Source: Phoronis australis (Eukaryota > Animalia > Phoronida). From it: a stretch of DNA of 64,000 nucleotides. Location: the NCBI GenBank assembly GCA_002633005.1, contig NMRA01000013.1, forward strand, positions 672,995 through 736,994, given 5' to 3'. Below are positions 54,801 to 64,000 of the stretch, one piece after another. The stretch's first letter is position 1. Every line of letters begins with the position of its first letter. Under the pieces are notes generated by a model. The model did no database searches, was not told the DNA's origin, and worked only from the letters and a program-made list of their open reading frames with translations. A program made the translations under genes and the position numbers.

Positions 54801-57334
54801 CATTGGTCGGTTTATGATATACTGAAAAATGCTAATGTCTTGTTTGTGTATATTCTTTTGTGAATAAAAAATATTTAAACATTGTCAAATGAGGGTTTAA
54901 GGGCAGAATGACAAGAAAATGTATATTTATTTCACCACTTTGCGCTGGACATGTCCCCATCAGCATTTAACCACAACTCGAGCCCGAAATTGACACGATG
55001 CCAAAAAAATGCCGATAGCCTGTAGAGCAAACATTTCTCAGAACGTGCTACAGCCTTAGTTCGCAATGGAATTGTGCAGGTTTATGCAAAGTTTCGGGTC
55101 CCTAGATCAAGTGGGAAAAAAGAATTATTGGCAAAAGTTTTAGACATGTTTAGGGAGAATCAGACTGCACTACGTCATGGTAAGCGTAGCTACGACAAAA
55201 ATGTCTACCACACAGAGTACTGGAGGTATCACGCTGCTTCCTACACAAAATAAACACATGTTATTTTTGGCCAATTTTTGTTGAGCTTTGAATATAAAAT
55301 AACCTTTTCACGTATTAAAAACACAAAAGGGGGATGTTCTTAGATCTATTTGTCTCCAATAACCGGACAGGAATGTCGATTGATTGGAGAAAGTACGCAC
55401 GACTTGTGTGCTGCACGTGTAATGGGTTGCTATGAGTGTAACAGTACACCTGGGCCCGGTCTCCAATCTTTTTACTCGAAATGGAACTCGAAATTAGGTT
55501 TGGCATTTTCTACTCTACTCTTGGGCGAACTCAAGATAAGTGTCTATTATTCTATGCTCGAGTACACAATAACTTACATAGATAATTTATTACCCTTAGT
55601 TCACAGTTTGTAAACCCAACATTAAAGCAATAAGTTCGAGTTTGAACTCGAAATTTCGAGTTTTTACTCGAGTTTGTAGCACGAATATAAGGGTCTTCAA
55701 GGGCAAACTTGAACTAGAAACTCTTATGCATAAACTATAATGTATTCGAGCAGATTTTGATAACCAATTATCTTAAGTTCGCACAAAAGGAGCAGAGAAA
55801 TTGCCAAAAATAGTTTCGAGTTCGTTTTGAGTACAAAGATTAGAGACCGGGCCCAGGCGTGCGTTTCGCAGAATTGAGAATCTCGCGGAAACGCAAGCAC
55901 GCAAGATATCAGTAGATCTGAAGCACTGGTGACCAGACTGACCTCCTTTAGTCTTGCGCCTACGAAACTAAACTCTCCAGGTTTGTTGCTTACTTGTGTA
56001 GAATGAGTTACAATTTCTATCGGTATAAATAAGTTTGGAGAATAAAGTCACGTGAACGAGTCCATTTAGAGCCAAAGTACCTTTCACCACTTCAATGGCG
56101 CTAGCCACAATACTAATGCCCGCATTTACCAGCCGAAGTGTGTTAATTTTGCAACCAGAATGTTCAATGAACTGATTCTAGAATTTAATTTCTTTTTCAT
56201 TTTTCCTCCTATCTGGCGAAAGGCAATTTTGAAAACCACTGTTTCAACAGTTAAAACAGCTGGCCTGGTACGAATTCAATTTGTAAATGAAATGTATTGA
56301 CTTTTCATACGCGACTTCGCCACCAACTATATTATCTCCATATCAGGGTCTCGTTTATTGTACCGGGAGTATGTAATTAGTGATTTAGTGTGCAACCTTC
56401 AAAATATTTCCATTGTTTTCAGCAGCTGAGAACACAGGCTTATCTGGATTTGATTGTCCTGGGGCATATGACATAGTCCGAATGTAGGCATAGGAGAAAT
56501 TTCCCATCCCCCTGATAGCCACAATCGCACCCCCCCCCCACCGGGTGGGCATCGATTTCATGTCCCTTATTTTACGTCTTTCAAGGATTTTTCATGGGAT
56601 GGCCTCCAACTTCCAATTACGTCTATGGCCAAGGACACTGTGTTTCATCAATGTAAAAACGTGTCGCTAAAATAGGGATACGTTACGGCTTCGCATGCAT
56701 GTGCGCTCTGTCATTTTTAATTGTCCAACTTTACAAAAAATTAACTTAGAGGCTATTGAACGTCGACGGCCATTGTGCTGATGTAATTAACACTGGCAAT
56801 GAAATTTAAACTTAAAAATTGCGTAATTTAGAATTAAAAAATTCTGCTCGTCTTAAAAATGATGTCATGTTGAAACATCTTTTGGGCCCGTATTCGTAAA
56901 AGTTTCTCTTAGAATTGGTTTTATGAAGTGTCTTGCACCGCCTGTGAAAAGGTTGCTAATTCGGCCATCTCTAACCCAGGAATGTGATTTTATGTAAAAC
57001 TGTTTCCACACAACTTACCCCTACAGTCTCGTCCCCAGTAACCATGGCAACACCTGGGCTTGATTTCGGTTTTGAGACAGTTTCTCTGACACCCGCGAAC
57101 TCTGATAGTGATTATAGGTAGTTGGAACGTACAGTTTTGAATTGTATCCAATGTGCTGTTGTCTACTTCAGATGTACCCTCTGGACATCGGTCAGGGACA
57201 CGGGCACAAATAGTACACCGCGTAGGCGTCAGATACGTGATGGAGTGGTTGCAAAAACCCTCGGTTCTTGTACGGTGTAATATACACGTGAGCGATGCTA
57301 CAAGCAACAAAACGCAACTATTCCCAAACGCCAT
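15702..57334 (-). CDS. STAB1/STAB2: Stabilin-like (FAS1/EGF scavenger receptor) gene, 5' part; 13 coding exons, 2019 nt/673 aa in window, 3'-incomplete
   Basis: Exons joined by hand at GT-AG sites with consistent phases. Domain order is signal peptide, EMI-like Cys-rich region ending CCHGYWGRDC, two laminin/EGF-like modules, four EGF-like repeats, FAS1, FAS1, then PLLPSRC. This is the order at the N-terminus of vertebrate stabilins. Orthology to STAB1 vs STAB2 cannot be resolved by eye. Confidence 0.92.
17881..17961 (-). CDS. STAB1/STAB2: Stabilin exon 12, second copy (same peptide)
   Basis: Two synonymous differences from 21773-21853 (CTG/TTG, ATT/ATA); intact splice sites. Confidence 0.8.
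18811..20394 (-). mobile_element. HINE/DINE-1-like element, same family as 8009-9335
   Basis: ACAAGAGCAACGCGGAGCGTTGAAATGCGCCCAC ... (CGGA)n ... ATGCGTCCACATATAAATATGTGGGCGCATAAAAA; absent at the homologous site of the duplicated block (~22725). Confidence 0.85.
21773..21853 (-). CDS. STAB1/STAB2: Stabilin exon 12, first copy in transcription order (ALALDMVDMTRLRTIGHSAFDIRITSL)
   Basis: Acceptor TTTCAG, donor GTATGA, 81 nt, phase 0-0; fills the FAS1 middle segment between exons 11 and 13. Confidence 0.82.
23709..23945 (-). CDS. STAB1/STAB2: Stabilin exon 11, FAS1 domain 2 start (KTLAEMIQSDGRYNRFESLL...LTIFAPNNAAL...NTHIVNGTQ)
   Basis: FAS1 H1 motif TIFAPNN; acceptor TTGTAG, donor GTACGT; 237 nt, phase 0-0. 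Confidence 0.93.
24050..24822 (-). mobile_element. tRNA-derived SINE interrupted by a MITE
   Basis: Removing 24297-24814 restores GACCGTGTGGTCTAGTGTG (A-box-like)...GGTTCAAATCC (B box, 24243-24253), followed by non-tRNA body; 3' boundary approximate. Confidence 0.65.
24297..24808. mobile_element. hAT-like MITE, 13-bp TIR CAGGGCTTGGAAT, 6-bp TSD TAGACC
   Basis: TIRs and TSD read directly; second full copy at 30291-30790; left-end fragment at ~27002. Confidence 0.9.
26677..26814 (-). CDS. STAB1/STAB2: Stabilin exon 10, FAS1-1 end (KKIFYKLIGSGKRGKIMRADVMASNGVIQITNNLMDMDPKISWDKS)
   Basis: FAS1 H2 motif DVMASNGVIQI; acceptor TTGCAG, donor GTGAG; 138 nt. Confidence 0.92.
27968..28120 (-). CDS. 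STAB1/STAB2: Stabilin exon 9, FAS1-1 middle (LSRLGTDVELARHFINQHLIAKQ...LYTLQGTAAKVNIRRAA)
   Basis: FAS1 xH-I and TLxG motifs; acceptor CGCAG, donor GTGAG; 153 nt, phase 0-0. Confidence 0.88.
28759..28929 (-). CDS. STAB1/STAB2: Stabilin exon 8, FAS1 domain 1 start (VLQDLNTGDPQLRG...SLTLFAPTDAGFRMALTRLE)
   Basis: FAS1 H1 motif TLFAPTD; acceptor TTACAG, donor GTGAG; 171 nt, phase 0-0. Confidence 0.92.
30291..30790. mobile_element. hAT-like MITE (same family), 6-bp TSD AATCAT
   Basis: Empty site TTTAATCATCTTG is visible in the duplicate block at ~35158-35170. Confidence 0.92.
30963..31214. repeat. 3 x 84-bp tandem repeat that includes the exon 7B splice donor
   Basis: Units start at 30963, 31047 and 31131; single copy in block A (~35330-35413). 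Confidence 0.95.
31198..31258 (-). CDS. STAB1/STAB2: Stabilin exon 7, copy B (SCRCREHYVGDGKKCVGHIVQ; probable allelic duplicate)
   Basis: One Q/R change vs 35397-35457; donor CAG|GTATAG. Confidence 0.78.
31899..32032 (-). CDS. STAB1/STAB2: Stabilin exon 6, copy B (probable allelic duplicate)
   Basis: Matches 36094-36227 except one synonymous GAC/GAT. Confidence 0.8.
32323..32519 (-). CDS. STAB1/STAB2: Stabilin exon 5, copy B (probable allelic duplicate)
   Basis: Near-identical to 36491-36687: 3 synonymous changes and one T/P change; splice sites intact. Confidence 0.8.
33436..34301. other. Assembly gap (866 N)
   Basis: Run of N. Confidence 1.
35397..35457 (-). CDS. STAB1/STAB2: Stabilin exon 7, copy A (SCQCREHYVGDGKKCVGHIVQ)
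   Basis: Acceptor TTTTAG, donor CAG|GTAAAG, 61 nt, phase 2-0. Confidence 0.88.
36094..36227 (-). CDS. STAB1/STAB2: Stabilin exon 6, copy A, EGF-like (STCRCVEGFEATADGNCSLVDLCVRKPDSCDKNANCTMVGPLQV)
   Basis: Acceptor TTACAG. The donor AG|GTTAGG gives phase 2, which exon 7 requires. 134 nt. Confidence 0.88.
36491..36687 (-). CDS. STAB1/STAB2: Stabilin exon 5, copy A, EGF-like (AINPCDEKPCNQNATC...CKTGYAGDGYYCDAIDPCQTDNGGCPRVFAECVYIAPNM)
   Basis: Acceptor TTCCAG, donor GTGAG, 197 nt, phase 1-0. Confidence 0.92.
37847..39128. mobile_element. Non-autonomous Tc1/mariner(pogo)-like DNA element
   Basis: TA|CTGTATTCGGCCTAATAAGCGCCC ... GGGCGCCTATTAGGGCAAATACGA|TA imperfect TIRs with TA flanks; related inverted sequence at ~42360-42825. 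Confidence 0.75.
39219..39341 (-). CDS. STAB1/STAB2: Stabilin exon 4, EGF-like (ALLTCDSISCDVNAECVQRSAAAAPVCVCKTGFRFVEGVCT)
   Basis: Acceptor TTTTAG, donor GTATGT, 123 nt, phase 1-1. Confidence 0.9.
41950..42825. repeat. Dispersed repeat related to 33035-33435 (direct) and 37847-38310 (inverted)
   Basis: TAGCATGCCGTTATTATTGACAGGGACACG...CGTCACGTGACAACAA is shared with the sequence next to the gap; ends TTATTAGAGCCAATACAG|TA. Confidence 0.8.
43963..44058 (-). CDS. STAB1/STAB2: Stabilin exon 3 (KCHCLHGKCDSGINGSGNCTCEPAFTGEHCDQ)
   Basis: Acceptor TTTCAG, donor GTATGA, 96 nt, phase 1-1, EGF-like Cys spacing. Confidence 0.93.
44597..45457. mobile_element. Foldback/MITE-like element with long (>130 bp) terminal inverted repeats
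   Basis: TAGGCAATGACCATCGCCTTTGTTGGCCCGAACCAGAGGCGATGCAGCTCCTATAGGCGCTCCAT... is mirrored, ending ...GGCGATGGTCATTGCCTA. Confidence 0.88.
46115..46382 (+). ncRNA. Candidate unidentified structured RNA (long closing helix + multibranch domain)
   Basis: Nested complementary segments found by eye, with several G-U pairs that only work on the + strand; no convincing ORF; family not recognised. Confidence 0.5.
46784..46975 (+). ncRNA. RNU2: U2 spliceosomal snRNA, full length
   Basis: Canonical 5' ATCGCTTCTCGGCCTTTTGGCTAAGATCAAAGTGTAGTATCTGTTC with branch-pairing GTAGTA, stem IIb GTCCCCC/GGGGGAC, Sm site ATTTTTGG and loop IV ATTGCAGT. The 3' end is approximate by a few nt. Confidence 0.97.
48878..49033 (-). 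CDS. STAB1/STAB2: Stabilin exon 2 (ECPGGPNNTCFGNGKCMDGRDGLGNCACEKNFTGTACELCRERDTYGPNCDQ)
   Basis: Not in ORF track; read manually. Acceptor TTACAG, donor GTAAG, 156 nt, phase 1-1, typical stabilin CPGG...C.G.G.C.DG..G.G.C.C...F.GTACE.C motif. Confidence 0.93.
51770..52031. mobile_element. Small hAT-like MITE, TIR CATGCG(T/C)GCACCCAG, 5-bp TSD CACAT
   Basis: CACAT|CATGCGTGCACCCAG...CTGGGTGCGCGCATG|CACAT; a solo end also at ~47135-47149. Confidence 0.7.
52198..53420 (-). pseudogene. Highly decayed LINE (CR1-like) RT fragments
   Basis: IFIDLSKVFDTIDHSILL..L..Y and ALQG.I in ORF 52198-52599; KIAKIVPMYKK near 52890-52920; upper boundary approximate. Confidence 0.7.
55449..55857. mobile_element. 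MITE with TIR CCTGGGCCCGGTCTC and internal ACTCGAAA/TTCGAGT repeats (PIF/Harbinger-like)
   Basis: TIRs read directly; diverged relative at ~50728-51048; superfamily is inference. Confidence 0.75.
57019..57334 (-). CDS. STAB1/STAB2: Stabilin exon 1: signal peptide + EMI-like domain (MAFGNSCVLLLVASLTC...GCQRNCLKTEIKPRCCHGYWGRDCR)
   Basis: ATG at 57334, hydrophobic leader, Cys pattern, donor G|GTAAG; 316 nt, ends phase 1. Confidence 0.88.
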
Positions 57335-59694
57335 CTCAGTAATAACAAAGAAATGACAGCAACAAAATTGTCGTTCATTCACAAGACCCCAACGGATCTC
57401 TTGAACGCCGGGCGCACCATTTCCTGTAAATATATCACTGACTGAAATTAAGCTGATTTGACGATTACGAGTTCAGCCACTTCGCTGGAAAAGTTTGTCA
57501 TTAGTTCTTCAGAAAAATGACCACGTGGTGACTTACTACATAGGATTGGCGTTAGCGTAGAAATTGCGCCAAAGCTAGACGATGTCACACTACGGATAAA
57601 AGCTTTAAATTTTGTATCTCGACTCACACACTGAGAATCGATTAGCGAAATATTTATGCTCACAGCAGGCAAATGGTGACTTTAAGTGATGGGTTGGAAA
57701 TTACCGACTGGTTCAGTTTGCGGCATATCGAAGTCCAATGAACGCAATAGCAGTGCAGGTGCATGTACGCCAGATTTTCTGCTCTTGGCCATAGCTTGTT
57801 TTGTCGCAACATAAATGCTTATGTTCGACATGTTCCGTTAAAAGTACAAGTGCGTCCCGTTCTCTGTTTCCAAAATGATAGGGTGTATAGCCAAAGATAT
57901 GTATTTATTACAACTGGAAAAACAGTATAGGATGATAAAAACATATAGAATCAACCAAATATGTAATTTCTAAACAGACAATTATGGGCAGGTAAAGGGA
58001 GGGTATGGCCTTGTTGGCCATATTGTTAGTTCTTGTACGGTTTTGATAGCAGGACATACTGTATTCTGCAAAATTCACGGGCCATCTGCGGTCAAGTAGT
58101 TGTTGATTTTCGCTATCAGAGTCAAAATACATTTTAAAGAAGTTGCAGGAATTGTGGTTGTAGATTCTCACTTAAATTTGTATCTTTTGTTTTAATCATT
58201 AAAAACTGTTAGCAACTAGATCTTTTGAACGACTCCGTTAATAATCAAAGTCTTTCATGAGACATGAATAAGAAGATCTGGGTAGAGTACTTTTTTGTCC
58301 CGGAGTTAAGAAAACGCCTTGTCTCATAAGCTTCGTTATAGAAATGTAGGGTTGAGTCTAGGAATCATGACGAAAAATTCAACATTCTGCCTTCGGAGTT
58401 GCAGCCCCAACATAGCAGTAATACTTCGCTGGCATTGCAAGATCGAATACACTTAATGCAGTCAAGAAAAACTTGAAAAAGCAAGCCACCAGCAAATAAC
58501 AAAAGAAACTCCAATGGCACGAAAATGAGGCTAGAGAATCCCAGGCCGTCCTACTGGTTTACAGTAAAATTCCGTAACACTGAAAAGCAAATATGGCATA
58601 TCCCCGTAATTTTGAAAGAGGTTAGAATATTTTATCATCAAATCCCGGCCGAAAAGAGATGTATAAAATAAAAAACGCTTTTATCACAAACGAATTTAGC
58701 GGAACGAGTGGGTCTGATAAGCTGTTATAAAAGTTACTTGATGTGTTTTGAAATAACCCCAAGCTTTCCCGTCGTAAACATTCTATTCTTGAGCTGTGAA
58801 GTCTCCTAACGGACCTGAGATGACACACATCATGCAGTTATTGCCGGAGTCACTTTATTATGGATACAAAGCAATGTGCGTAGGTGAAAGCTTGTGCCTA
58901 TGTTATTTCGCTAATTTCTCGGAAGATTTAAAGGACATAGACGAATGGTGCGTTTAATTTGGCCTCAAATGGAAGTTACATGCGAGTTAAGTGATTCCGG
59001 ACACGAGTAGTTACACAACAAGTGGGCTTATTTCCGGCTTGAATGGCAGTAATTTGTTATCGTCGTTAGAACACCACCGAAGGTCAAGGGTTAAGACGAA
59101 ATTATTGTAAACGATCTCTCTTAGCGCAGCTTCAAAATTTTCCTCCTGAGTGAATGTTGATCTGTGCTGACTCCATTCAACCACATAGGAAGTCATGTGA
59201 CATACAAAATATAGAGAATAGTTGGTCGTAAGTCTGAAACAACGCCAAGGACCAAGGGTCAATGATGTGGTGCGGGACCCTTAATTTTGAGACCAGCAAA
59301 CGTGAGCACAACCCTTCCCCTCAATGTTCGACCCAAGTTTCACCCCCACCAACACGTTTCGCTCGGAGAGCGACACCAGTTTTGAACTGCTCTATCCCCA
59401 GTCGTCATCCGTTTTGACTTTCACTTGCATCCCTCGTCGACATCACTAGTGCCTCCGCACCCTCCCCGACAACAATTTTACCTTCTCTTCCATTAGCAGG
59501 CCCGAAGGAAGGTAAACATTATGAGGGAGGGACACTAACTCATTCGACATTTCAAACTTTCGCCCTCGTCATGCCAGCCCATTCTTTTTTAATGCTACCA
59601 TTTCACCACCCCCCTTGCTGTGGCCAATTTCGCACCCCATCGACAAAGACATGCGGATTCTCACGGCTGCTGCTGGGGGAAACCCCGTAGAGAC

Positions 59695-61074
59695 AGCCAT
59701 TAGAAACTTGGGTGCCCATACTTCGACAAAATTTCGCGATGACTGAAGGGTCACTTTTTTGACATAACATTACCGCGGAATAAGTTGTGGGAACATCACA
59801 TTCTAAGGTCATGGCTTGGGAAAGTCGATTTCTTACATTGAAGAGGTACAGTTTGTTTTAACAGTTTGAAAAGTGCACGGTTCGGGGTTACTGATACACT
59901 GCCCAAGGAGCTACTTCAAAATCTCATGTTAAAAATGGGCACTTGAGTACCGTGGCTGACCCCCGCGTGTGGGCACACGATATCTCATCATCCAATTTCT
60001 TAGAGAGTTATTTTAAATTGTCTGTACACTTCAATTGCTGTTTAAGGGAGAACGTAAAGAGATTTCTCTGAATTTCAGGCTGTATCAAAATTCACCGAGG
60101 CATCACCAACTCCTTACAAGATCAGTTTGTCATAGAAAAATCGCTCGCTGGTTCCCTGCGTGCCGCTAGATGGGGTGGTAGCCGCGCCAGCACGCAGGTA
60201 TCACTTAAATTTCCTCTGTAAATTTTTTACACCGGCGTTTCTAATTGGCTAGTCGAATTCTCAACAGGCAGCGCTTTGCGCAAACAAACTGGCATGACTG
60301 ATGGACTGAAGTGTAAATGTGGTCTGTTGTACAAACAAATCGGTGCTTAAAATTATGTTCAGGAAATGTGAAGCCTAGAAATTGTAATATTGAGCCTTTT
60401 CGGAATACATCTTTCTACTGTCGATGACTTTTGTTTACGATAGTGTCCTTATACAGTATGAATAACACACCGGTTAAATCGGTCACATAATATGTGTTTA
60501 TTGTGCATGTATGTGCTTCAAGCACGCGGCTATTAAACATCACTTCAGAAACGACAAGGCTAAAAATCGTTCACATTCCGCCATTTTTTCACGGTGTTGT
60601 AAAGCTAACCAATGACTGCCAANAGCCATTAGAAACTTGGGTGCCCATACTTCGACAAAATTTCGCGATGGCTGAAGGGTCACTTTTTGGACATAACATT
60701 ACCGCGGAATAAGTTGTGGGAACATCACATCTTAAGGTCATGGCTTGGGAAAGTCGATTTTAGTCTTGCATTGAAGAGGTACAGTTTGTTTTAACAGTTT
60801 GAAAAGTGCACGGTTCGGGGTTACTGATACACTGCCCAAGGAGCTACTTCAAAATCTCATGTTAAAAATGGGTACTTGAGTATCTGGTTGCTGACCCCCG
60901 CGTGTGGGCACACGATATCTCATCATCCAATTTCTTAGAGAGTTATTTTAAATTGTCTGTACACTTTGCTGTTTAAGAGAGAACGTAAAGAGATTTCTCT
61001 GAATTTCAGGCTGTATCAAAATTCACCGAAGCATCACCAACTCCTTACAAGATCAGTTTGTCATAGAAAAATCG
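59695..61074. repeat. ~450-bp direct repeat (59695-60143 and 60625-61074)
   Basis: Near-identical copies; an ambiguous base at 60623 sits at the junction. Confidence 0.92.
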
Positions 61075-62717
61075 CAGCCTGTCTCGGTTTATGAATTAGA
61101 TTTGCACAGTGCTCAGAAATCTTTGTTTATATGTGATTGCCAATACATCCGCTTTAGTTCCTTTGAATTGTGCACCACGCATGCTTGTCGTCAAAATCAT
61201 AGACCTACCGCTGACAGACCGACTGACAGACACAACAAGTTTCGTGCGAACAGTTCCCTCTTCATTAAAAACGCTTTCCTCACGACGATCTTCAAAAGAA
61301 ATAGTATTGTTGGAACTATTTGGGCGAAATTACCGATCCTTTTACGTTATAAAACGATCGCGAGAATATTGTTATGTGTAATTCACAAAACAGATACAAT
61401 TTATTTCAATTCCGGAAAATGTTAACTTTTTTGGAGCAGTCTCACATTTTTGTTTGGACAAGTCTTGATTCTGCTGCGCTACGCATGAACACATTCCGTC
61501 GTGGCTTTCATGACAAAATTGAAATGTTTTCTACTTTCCTCGTATTTACGTTGACTGTGCCGGATAAGGAACAAACTAAGTGGCAATTGCCCCGGCCACA
61601 CCTACACGGGAGTACCCCTTCTGAGAGAAGGGAGACTATTTGAAAAGGAAATGCTGTAACATGGAAGGCTACGTCATACAAAATAACTGGAATAGAGTGA
61701 CTGTTCATTTCATTATCATGTCACCATCCTGAACATAAAAGATTGCTCGATTTCACAAAAACAGGTAAGTAAAAGCACCTGAATCTATTACTGAGGCACC
61801 CTCCGTGAGTGGTCCCATAATAAAACAAAAAAGCAAAATGGCATCAATGGATGCCATTAGCGGGCTTCCTCCAAGAGCTGGGATTCCTTCAAATGATACA
61901 CTATTGAAAAAAATAGCAGAAAAAGAGAGCTACAGATGACTCCATTATCCTCAATGACAGAGAGGAGTCTTGGAGAAATGATACCGCCGGCTTCACTGCA
62001 TTCTGTGTATAACTAGACGAGTTTTCCCGAATATTTTCGAAGTGAGCGCAGATGAAGCATACATGAGTAGTTTAAAAAAGTAGAAGGCCCCCAACAAACC
62101 ATACTTTTCTGTTTCTTACATTTCTCAAATGCGCCTACTCCACACTCCCTACGCCTATGCAGGTGGTTACATACGAACCTATTGACGTTGATTTGTCATG
62201 AAAACAGCAGAAATTGTTGTCTTATGTGAGTTTTAATTGCTTTAAATGCGCGTTGAATGCTTGAATTTGTGTCCCATGACCGATCACCCGGGACAGCCCC
62301 TTAATCACAATCGACTTTTCATGGACAAGCGAAACTAATGATACAAAGGTACGTTTTGTAGCGAATGTTGTACTCTCGAATTTGTCGAGATCACGCAAGA
62401 ACATAAATCATGCGAGCGCAAGACATTAGTGGTGTTGCATTACGGAAAGCGCCCCCTACCGGGTAATCATTTTATAAGTCAAAAGCTATTATATAGCTAA
62501 GTGACCAACTGGTAACCCCATCTAACGTTCAATCTCGGACTCAACATATTTTTTCCAACCCTGCTTCTTTTGATGCAAAGATAGTTTGAACCGTAAAACA
62601 CGCAAATAATAACCACAGTTGTCTACTACCATGAAACCAGTTTCATGTGTTCCTGTCTGTATGGGTACATTGCTCAACGAATTGAAAGGCAACCAAAAAT
62701 CCTGGAGAGTCAAAGGA

Positions 62718-62853
62718 TTCAAAATCAGCACATAGTAAAGAAAGACATTGCATTAATCGACGTTTCAGTTTATTGTTTGAGAATGGTTTAATGACAATAA
62801 ACCGAAACGTCGATTAATGCAATATCTTTGTTTGCATATGCGCTGATTTTGAA
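62718..62853. repeat. Imperfect palindrome, ~59-bp arms with 17-nt spacer
   Basis: TTCAAAATCAGC...ATTGCATTAATCGACGTTTCAGTTTATTGT / ACAATAAACCGAAACGTCGATTAATGCAAT...GCTGATTTTGAA. Confidence 0.85.
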
Positions 62854-64000
62854 GTTCGTACTCATATTTTGACCAAAAACAAATGTGATCAAAGAGTTAG
62901 GGTTCCGTTTCATGAAAGTGAATTCATGGCAGAAACTTGGTCCTCCTCTGCACATTCGCTGATTAAAGATTTAGTTAAGTAGTTATGAGCGCATCACAGT
63001 CTTAAAATAATTTATAGAAATTGTCTCAGTAATTACCAGTTATATGTATATTCTCAGAGACTTTGGACTTTTGCTGAAATTAGATTTCTGTCTTCAGTTA
63101 ACTCACTTTTCATGAAACAAACCCCCGGTCCCCTCTAAAATCAATGTGAGTCTTAAGTCACTAGTCTCACCTTCTTCTGCAACACCTTCATAGTAGACTA
63201 TCAAAGAATGCACCAGGGTATGTTTTCCTCCAGGTTTAGTTTTTATCTCGACATCGAAGATGAAACGTGCTAGTTTCGAAATGATCTATATTGGTTTGTG
63301 CATTTAGAAACATGAAAAGGTAGAAAAAATATTGCCTCACCACGTTTTCAAATTAAAAATGCCGAACATGAAAGGTAACGACAATTCACTTCGTAGTTTG
63401 TGCTATAGGATTGCTAACGTTGCCAAAATCTTACTGTCAGGCCGTGGACCGTAATTCCAGTCTTTTCATTCTGTGATAATGTCAGAGTGGCAACTTCATT
63501 TTTGTGTGGCAATTTGAGTTGCAAATTTTTTTACAAAAAGCGGATTTTCATGTTCTCTTACGGCCAAAAAACGAAGTTAGTTTAGTCGTCTTTACTCCGA
63601 CTCATTTTGAGACTTGCACTCTTTGACTAAAAATGTGGAAAACATCCTCCCGTAACAATTTTAGCTAAGGTTTCATGTTTTTTGATAAGCTGCATACAAA
63701 GTCGGGTAAACAAGGGAAAGCAAGGTTTGAACCTCATGTTTTGCCAGATGATGAGTAAAAAATAACAACAAAAAGGATTCCACGTCAATTCGTCTCATCA
63801 CAGGTGGATTTTCTTTTTGAAAAAGTGAGCAACTAAAAAGAATACCGCACCACTAACTAAATATACTCGATGTTCCTTTGTCTTTACCCTGACAATCATT
63901 CAACTGATGTGTGTCAAATATTCAATGATAGTTATTCGAGAAAACAAATTTCACAGTGGCGGCCTTCGAAGTCTCATGTGGACTTCGTTTAAATCCATGC

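Noticed and set aside
59695-61074. LTR pair of a small retroelement
   Set aside because: No TG...CA ends, PBS/PPT or TSD seen; an ambiguous base at the junction suggests a local duplication or assembly overlap

Overview
AT-rich, repeat-dense animal genomic DNA, probably a marine invertebrate (inferred from gene structure, the U2 sequence and the repeat types). It contains one 866-nt N gap. The main feature is the 5' part of a minus-strand stabilin (STAB1/STAB2-like) scavenger-receptor gene. I can chain 13 GT-AG exons in frame from an ATG at 57334 down to 15702, giving 673 aa: signal peptide, EMI-like domain, EGF/laminin-EGF repeats and two FAS1 domains. No further exon was recognised in 1-15700, so the gene probably continues beyond the window. 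Exons 5-7 and exon 12 each appear twice; the exon 5-7 duplicate is most likely uncollapsed haplotypes. Intron 2 holds an intact U2 snRNA gene on the opposite strand. About 400 nt upstream of it lies an unexplained, GC-rich, extensively base-paired ~270-nt segment whose G-U pairs all favour the + strand. This is a candidate novel structured ncRNA and the best lead in the window. The remaining intronic DNA holds Helentron-type (HINE/DINE-1-like) elements carrying arrays of CTCF-like motifs, a ~1.1-kb satellite rich in YY1/ETS-like motifs, a piggyBac relic, DIRS/Ngaro recombinase, THAP and LINE RT relics, hAT-like and Tc1/mariner-like MITEs and a tRNA-derived SINE.
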